Source: a virus (lineage: Duplodnaviria; Caudoviricetes). Taken from it: 30,877 nucleotides of DNA. Under the pieces are notes generated by a model. That model made no database searches. It worked only from the letters and a program-made list of their open reading frames with translations, and had not been told where the DNA came from. This document shows positions 26,282 to 30,877 of this stretch, one piece after another; within the stretch, counting starts at the first letter, position 1; every line of letters starts with the position of its first letter. The stretch lies in IMG/VR virus record IMGVR_UViG_3300025276_000133, positions 1-30,877 of that record. The stretch is one strand, 5' to 3'. The position numbers were made by a program, and so were the translations under genes.

Positions 26282-26355
26282 ATAAATATTGTTATTGCTA
26301 CGATAGCTAAATAAGTTACCGTTACTATTAATTTATTTTTGTTATTTTGTTCCAT
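26245..26355 (-). CDS. Small single-TM protein (36 aa)
   Basis: Not in the ORF track; MEQNNKNKLIVTVTYLAIVAITIFIWHNLWRLIVGV; overlaps the helicase start. Confidence 0.55.
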   Translation of the reverse strand: MEQNNKNKLIVTVTYLAIVAITIFIWHNLWRLIVGV

Positions 26356-26357
26356 GA

Positions 26358-26546
26358 TTAAAATTTTAATAAAAATAACCTACGTTGATACTTTTGTATT
26401 AATAGTGTGTTATTTTTTATGGTTCTGTTATCATCTTTATCCTTAAAGTCTTTTAATGATGCTTCAAATGTTTTATTGAGAGTTTCATACTTTAATTTAT
26501 ATAGATAATTTCTTACGTAATTTAAATGTCTTTTTTTTCTTCTCAT
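26358..26546 (-). CDS. Basic hypothetical protein
   Basis: 62-aa ORF, collinear with small gaps. Confidence 0.65.
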   Translation of the reverse strand: MRRKKRHLNYVRNYLYKLKYETLNKTFEASLKDFKDKDDNRTIKNNTLLIQKYQRRLFLLKF

Positions 26547-26550
26547 AGTT

Positions 26551-26820
26551 TTAATGTCTGGTTTCTGATAGTCCTAACTCATAAGATTCTTCTGGATGTA
26601 TTTCTATCCACATGTGACAGCTTCTACATACTGGTAACCAAGTAGATTCATCTAAATGATATTCTCCACGTCCTTTCTTATGATGTATTTCTGTAGCACG
26701 CAAAGAACACTTATGGATCTTTGCATGACAGATGTTATGATTTGATAAATACTGCCTACGCTGTTTAGAATAGGCAGCATTTAGTTTAGCCATTTTGCTT
26801 GATACTTTTTTGATGCTCAT
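26551..26820 (-). CDS. Small HNH endonuclease
   Basis: C..(x)..C...ATEIHH...W..VCRSCH pattern. Confidence 0.8.
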   Translation of the reverse strand: MSIKKVSSKMAKLNAAYSKQRRQYLSNHNICHAKIHKCSLRATEIHHKKGRGEYHLDESTWLPVCRSCHMWIEIHPEESYELGLSETRH

Positions 26821-27337
26821 TTGGATTTAAAGTAAAATAGTTTTTAGGTAACAATCCTATAGATAGAAATTTTAATACAACATCTTCATAGGTTATTCCC
26901 AATTCCTTAAACGTAAAAGTATTTTTGTAATCATCTAATGTTTCTTGTGCAGGTATATTTACTATATACTGTGCTAGACGAGAACTTTTAAAAGTTTTAC
27001 TAAGATAAGCATTTGCTTGCTTATTACAAAGCATTTGTTTCCAAGCATTTATCTCTCTTTGTCCTCTTTTCCATACTTTAGTTATACGTCTTTTTTTATC
27101 CCAATGTAACTTACTAACTTCTTCAGGTTTATAAACCTTTAAGCCATGAAGCACACGTTTAAATAAAAAATGTTGATAAGGGTTTAGTTTACTATATTCA
27201 AATGAATTTATTATTGATGGAGGATGTAATTGATACTCTGTCAATAATCCTAAGTATTGATAGCGTTCTTTACGCTTGCTGAGTTTTAGTTGATCTTTAT
27301 TAAGTTTTAGCTGTGATATTTGTTCTTGAGATAGCAT
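26786..27337 (-). CDS. Hypothetical protein
   Basis: 183-aa basic ORF. Confidence 0.8.
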   Translation of the reverse strand: MLSQEQISQLKLNKDQLKLSKRKERYQYLGLLTEYQLHPPSIINSFEYSKLNPYQHFLFKRVLHGLKVYKPEEVSKLHWDKKRRITKVWKRGQREINAWKQMLCNKQANAYLSKTFKSSRLAQYIVNIPAQETLDDYKNTFTFKELGITYEDVVLKFLSIGLLPKNYFTLNPNEHQKSIKQNG

Positions 27338-27371
27338 ACGAGTTTTTTTAGTGATTAAGTGGAAATATATT

Positions 27372-27426
27372 AAATGTCAAAGGGTAATACAGGTTCCTGA
27401 TTCCCCTATACTACCCTTATCCATTT
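27372..27426 (-). other. Long intergenic RNA stem-loop
   Basis: Minus strand reads AAGGGTAGTATAGG-N11-CCTGTATTACCCTT (14 bp, two G-U pairs), extended by AAATG/CATTT. Confidence 0.7.
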
Positions 27427-27441
27427 TTAATAAACTATTTA

Positions 27442-28020
27442 CTATAGTTCAAAAGTCTCTTCTTCTAAGACTTCTGTTTCTTCCACTTCACTAACTGGTT
27501 CTTCTAAATCATCTATGTCATCTACAGTTGTATTATCATCCGCACTTTCTAAACCAAATGCCTCAGCTGGTGTTACTGTTGTTTTAACAGCATTAGTATT
27601 TGTACCATTTGCTTCACGTATTGCATCTCCATTAGTATGAGCAATAAGTACATCCTCTGTTGTAGCATCTACTACAAAGAATGTTTTCCTATAAATAGGT
27701 TCACTACCAACTGCACAAAATATTCCTGTGTCTCCGGCCATTTTAAGATCTCTGTCTGGATCATTATTACTAAATGGTGTAAGGCTTTCTTTTACAACTA
27801 TCTTACCTGTTAACGGAGTATTTGCTGTTAACCCAAGTTGTTGTAAGTCATCCATCTTACCGTGTAATAATGTAGATCTATTTGAGTTCTTAACCCATCC
27901 TCCATTACCAAACGTTACTCTTTGTTGTTCTAGTCTGATATGACCAAATTCTGCGTTGTTACTTGATTGACGAATGATATTTCCCATATCATCAGCCACA
28001 ATGTTGACTTTGTTTTGCAT
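27442..28020 (-). CDS. Hypothetical protein with long acidic tail (possible SSB-like)
   Basis: Beta-rich N-terminal ~130 aa, then an Asp/Glu-rich tail ending EEETFEL. Confidence 0.7.
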   Translation of the reverse strand: MQNKVNIVADDMGNIIRQSSNNAEFGHIRLEQQRVTFGNGGWVKNSNRSTLLHGKMDDLQQLGLTANTPLTGKIVVKESLTPFSNNDPDRDLKMAGDTGIFCAVGSEPIYRKTFFVVDATTEDVLIAHTNGDAIREANGTNTNAVKTTVTPAEAFGLESADDNTTVDDIDDLEEPVSEVEETEVLEEETFEL

Positions 28021-28061
28021 TTTTAATAAATTTTAGTGATTAATAAATAAATGTTTAATGA

Positions 28062-28331
28062 CTATACGTCATCTGAGTGAAAATACGGGTCATCTAATTT
28101 TTCATAGGTTTCAATTTCATCTAGGGCTGGTTCATGTTCCTCAATATGATCTATTGCGGTTTTTTCTGCTTTCCCTGTGTTATTTGAAAATCTACTATAA
28201 AAAGGATTACCCACTTCTTTAGTATAAGCTGAGCTTAGACCATTAAGGTCTCTATATTCCTCATCTGTTAAAGATAAGTATTGCTCAAGAGAGCATTCAA
28301 TTATACGACCATTAGGAAGTTGGACTATCAT
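28062..28331 (-). CDS. Acidic hypothetical protein
   Basis: 89-aa ORF (QLPNGRII..SLEQYL); upstream TATCTTTA box at 28349-28356. Confidence 0.75.
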   Translation of the reverse strand: MIVQLPNGRIIECSLEQYLSLTDEEYRDLNGLSSAYTKEVGNPFYSRFSNNTGKAEKTAIDHIEEHEPALDEIETYEKLDDPYFHSDDV

Positions 28332-28439
28332 TCTTTTATTTATTGCTATAAAGATAATAATATTACTCCTTCTGACTCACATAATCTATTTTAATTAAGC
28401 TCAGTGTTTAAAATAAACAGCATATATATAGCTAACGTT

Positions 28440-28691
28440 CTATTTTATTGTTAGCTTTCTACCTGTTCTTTTAATGTATTTATGTTTTTTTAGCTCTTTT
28501 ATCCATCTGTCTATGCTTGATTGACTTGAGCCAGTGTCATCAGCTAATGTGCTAATAGATGGAAAGCATGTTCTCTGTTTATTTGCATAACAAGATAATA
28601 CGCCATATAATGCCTTAGCCGCAATTGATAAATTAGGATCAGTCATAACCTCACGGTTTACTATTCCAAATCTATTTTTCTGTGTATACAT
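28440..28691 (-). CDS. Winged-helix (HTH_36-like) DNA-binding protein
   Basis: LS..AKALY..L..YA......FPSI.TLA...G.S..SI...IKEL....YI signature. Confidence 0.82.
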   Translation of the reverse strand: MYTQKNRFGIVNREVMTDPNLSIAAKALYGVLSCYANKQRTCFPSISTLADDTGSSQSSIDRWIKELKKHKYIKRTGRKLTIK

Positions 28692-28863
28692 GATCTTTTA
28701 ATAATCTTAAAAGAGCCATATTATCATCCCTTTCCTTAGCTAAATCCATGTCATTTAGTTTATACAGTTCATTCATTGTATAACCAAAGCTTGATTTAAT
28801 TGACTCACCTTTCTTCCAAGAGTTATAGTGTGATCTGATCAGTTCCTGTGATAATTTTGGCAT
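28672..28863 (-). CDS. Hypothetical protein
   Basis: 63-aa ORF overlapping both neighbours. Confidence 0.6.
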   Translation of the reverse strand: MPKLSQELIRSHYNSWKKGESIKSSFGYTMNELYKLNDMDLAKERDDNMALLRLLKDHVYTEK

Positions 28864-29359
28864 CTTGTGTTTTATTTAATTGATTTTCTACTAATTTAAG
28901 CTCTTTACCCTTAATTTTAATTAATTCAAAAGGACTTATAGTATCTTCTTTGTATTTGATATCACTGTTTTCATCATGATATATATATTGAACTTTAAGA
29001 TTGGTATATAAAGGATTATATCCAGCTGATGTTGACCAGTTGCTATCTCCTATTACTTTTGCATATACCATACCTTCTTTAGATAATAAATCTTTATCCA
29101 TTAATATATCTTTTTCATATTCACTACCTTCATGATAATTAGGTGATATTGTTTTTACTATGTCACCTGGATATATTAATATATATGGTTCTCCCTTTAA
29201 CATAAGTTCTGCTACATTTTCTAATGTACTATCACTCATTGTATCAAGTATTAAACTTTTAATATGATCAAAGTTTATTTTTTCTTTTACCATATCCGGT
29301 GTTAATACACTGGATACAATATTCTTTACTGTTTCTTTTCTTATATGTAGTGTTGGCAT
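28823..29359 (-). CDS. Hypothetical protein
   Basis: 178-aa ORF. Confidence 0.78.
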   Translation of the reverse strand: MPTLHIRKETVKNIVSSVLTPDMVKEKINFDHIKSLILDTMSDSTLENVAELMLKGEPYILIYPGDIVKTISPNYHEGSEYEKDILMDKDLLSKEGMVYAKVIGDSNWSTSAGYNPLYTNLKVQYIYHDENSDIKYKEDTISPFELIKIKGKELKLVENQLNKTQDAKIITGTDQITL

Positions 29360-29361
29360 AT

Positions 29362-29469
29362 CTATCTATTTACTGTGTTATAATTACCTGCTCTTGTTGT
29401 GCAGTGTGATGTTGTCCCACACGCTTGAAATATCATTACTATTATTATTACTGCTATTATTTTCTTCAT
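29362..29469 (-). CDS. Small lipoprotein (35 aa)
   Basis: Not in the ORF track; MKKIIAVIIIVMIFQAC-GTTSHCTTRAGNYNTVNR: basic N-terminus, h-region, lipobox FQAC. Confidence 0.7.
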   Translation of the reverse strand: MKKIIAVIIIVMIFQACGTTSHCTTRAGNYNTVNR

Positions 29470-29501
29470 GTCTATATTTTAGAAGTGAATTACTAGACTA
29501 T

Positions 29502-29657
29502 AATTAGACAGTCCCTCTCTAACAAGTATGAAAAAAGAGAGGGTTTCTATCTAATTGATGGTCCACTTAACCATTAATCTTTCTATTAGGACCTACTGTA
29601 CAAGTATTATTATATAGTATATAATTACTGGTACTGTTAGTACGTTACACGTAACGT
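29502..29657 (-). ncRNA. Candidate structured RNA (or DNA hairpin element): four consecutive stem-loops
   Basis: Inverted repeats at 29502-29556, 29560-29593, 29598-29634 and 29642-29657 fill most of a 189-bp non-coding gap. Confidence 0.45.
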
Positions 29658-29658
29658 T

Positions 29659-30507
29659 TTATAATATAAATCTACGTAAATCAGTTGGTTCAAATGTAAA
29701 CTCTGGTGTATTGATATAATTCATATCATCCATAGAATACCAAACATCTAATGTAAGAGGATTTAATAATATGTGTTGTTCTTGAGCTGGCATATAACTT
29801 TGAGCTAACATAAATATCTTATGTCCGGCTTCATTTACTGCCATATCTACAACAGTGATAGCATGTCCTGGAAATCCTCCAGTTACAAACACATCACCCG
29901 GTTGCATATCCCAATAGTTTACTGATTCAGTATCATATTTTTCAATAGAATATGTACCTGCATAGCTCCATACTAAATCTAACCATTTTCTAAATGTTTT
30001 ACAGTTATCTTTACGAGCTTTGGCCCATTTGGTAACTATATCACGACCAGCATTAACTGGTGTTGGGTTAGCTCCTTTAAGATATTCTGTATAACTACTT
30101 ACATAGCCATTAGTATAGGTAAATTTAAGTCTATCTAAGAAACCATTTTTATAATTATAGCTTGCTCTTAAATATATTGCAGCATCAGCACAGTGATGTA
30201 AATCTCTGTTACCAATTTCATAATCAAATACTGCTGCATAGATAAAGTTATTATGTTTTACTTCTCCATTAAAATATTTCACTTCTGCTTTGTCTTTAAG
30301 CGGATGTGCTATTAGAAATTCAGAATATGCATCTGCATTGTTTCTTTCATATCCTCCTGGTACTGTGAATACAGATGAGATTGACTCATGATCCATTTCT
30401 TTACCTTGATATGTTGTTTGTGCACTTGCTACAAGTACGAATAACATCATTGCTAACGTTATTAGTTGTAGTCTTAATACGTTTTTACTATATTTTATAT
30501 CTCTCAT
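29659..30507 (-). CDS. DUF4846-family secreted protein (putative Cys-His hydrolase)
   Basis: Signal peptide (...VLVASA); DLHHCADA..YLRA, AGT.S, QPGDVF..GGFPGHA..VVD and LAQSYMPAQ motifs. Confidence 0.82.
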   Translation of the reverse strand: MRDIKYSKNVLRLQLITLAMMLFVLVASAQTTYQGKEMDHESISSVFTVPGGYERNNADAYSEFLIAHPLKDKAEVKYFNGEVKHNNFIYAAVFDYEIGNRDLHHCADAAIYLRASYNYKNGFLDRLKFTYTNGYVSSYTEYLKGANPTPVNAGRDIVTKWAKARKDNCKTFRKWLDLVWSYAGTYSIEKYDTESVNYWDMQPGDVFVTGGFPGHAITVVDMAVNEAGHKIFMLAQSYMPAQEQHILLNPLTLDVWYSMDDMNYINTPEFTFEPTDLRRFIL

Positions 30508-30525
30508 AATTAAGTGGTTTTATAT

Positions 30526-30551
30526 AGAAGCCCTACATAGGTAGAGCCTCT
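30526..30551 (-). other. Intergenic stem-loop upstream of the DUF4846 gene
   Basis: Minus strand reads AGAGGCTCTAC-CTAT-GTAGGGCTTCT (11 bp, two G-U pairs). Confidence 0.6.
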
Positions 30552-30570
30552 GTTATTATTATTTATTTTA

Positions 30571-30877
30571 TTATACTCCACCTGTTATTTCTATTATAAT
30601 AAATGGTAGTATTATCATTAACGATCCTTTTTGCCAAGCTAATCCTAAGCCTAATACGGCTTCAAATGTAATCTTAAACTTTGGCATCAATATTACTTTA
30701 TCCATAAATGTATTAAAGAATATTGCATTTAATATACATAATGCTGTAATTAACACTATTGCTATAGATACAGGTGTATAACCCCATCCATATTGTGTAA
30801 AATACATAATTGATACAGCTATACCTAGTAATGGTAAGACTGCTACATATAATAATTTAACTAGTTTTTTAAGTAAC
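30571..30877 (-). CDS. Membrane protein, probably 5'-truncated by the window edge
   Basis: The frame stays open upstream of the track ATG (30807) to the edge and adds a hydrophobic segment (LLYVAVLPLLGIAVSI). Confidence 0.7.
   Translation of the reverse strand, partial: LLKKLVKLLYVAVLPLLGIAVSIMYFTQYGWGYTPVSIAIVLITALCILNAIFFNTFMDKVILMPKFKITFEAVLGLGLAWQKGSLMIILPFIIIEITGGV

Larger units (their letters stand above)
1..30877. mobile_element. Fragment of a tailed dsDNA bacteriophage genome (Bacteroidota host; crAss-like gene content)
   Basis: Dense phage-type gene set (holin, fibre-like proteins, PolB, primase, DnaB, RusA-like, HNH, UDG), convergent late and early arms, no host housekeeping genes, no integrase; Bacteroidota-type TAnnTTTG boxes upstream of genes. 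Confidence 0.93.

Noticed and set aside
7936-27943. Plus-strand ORFs at 7936, 10563, 12294, 16882, 17530, 18868, 21585, 25272, 25475, 26022 and 27728
   Set aside because: They lie antisense to motif-bearing minus-strand genes and often use non-ATG starts.
7437-28379. CTGACTCA upstream of two candidate promoters (7437-7444 and 28372-28379)
   Set aside because: Spacing to the -7-like boxes differs (10 versus 15 nt) and there are only two copies, so chance is plausible.
29470-29658. tRNA, hammerhead ribozyme or c-di-GMP riboswitch
   Set aside because: There is no TTC-containing T-loop or cloverleaf and no CTGATGA core; a lone GAAA loop is insufficient.
1-30877. Stop-codon reassignment, known in some crAss-like phages
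   Set aside because: TAA, TAG and TGA all end genes at tight junctions, and conserved enzymes are full length under the standard code.

Overview
This AT-rich window is a 31-kb piece of a tailed dsDNA phage genome. The host is very probably a Bacteroidota (Flavobacteriia-type) bacterium, based on TAnnTTTG -7 promoter boxes, A-rich start contexts without Shine-Dalgarno motifs and a DUF4846 gene. The gene content is crAss-like (PolB, UDG, MoxR-type AAA plus vWA, DUF932, AAA_24, DnaB, TOPRIM primase), but no capsid, terminase or RNA polymerase hallmark is in the window, so the taxonomy is inference. A plus-strand late arm (314-6357) carries small basic proteins, a 3TM holin, fibre-like proteins and a 1067-aa Ig/vWA adhesin-like protein. 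It converges at an intrinsic terminator with a long minus-strand early/middle arm (6419-30877) for replication, recombination and small accessory genes. The standard genetic code fits. The best candidate for an undescribed system is a tightly coupled five-gene cassette (12302-17195). In it, a metallopeptidase-vWA gene and a MoxR-like AAA+ ATPase are bracketed by three genes sharing one recognisable helical domain. Also notable are a four-hairpin structured element (29502-29657) between a secreted DUF4846 Cys-His hydrolase and a 35-aa lipoprotein, an unannotated Fis-type HTH gene coupled to the polymerase, and a primase lacking its canonical Zn ligands and TOPRIM glutamate. All family assignments come from reading motifs by eye; no database search was run.
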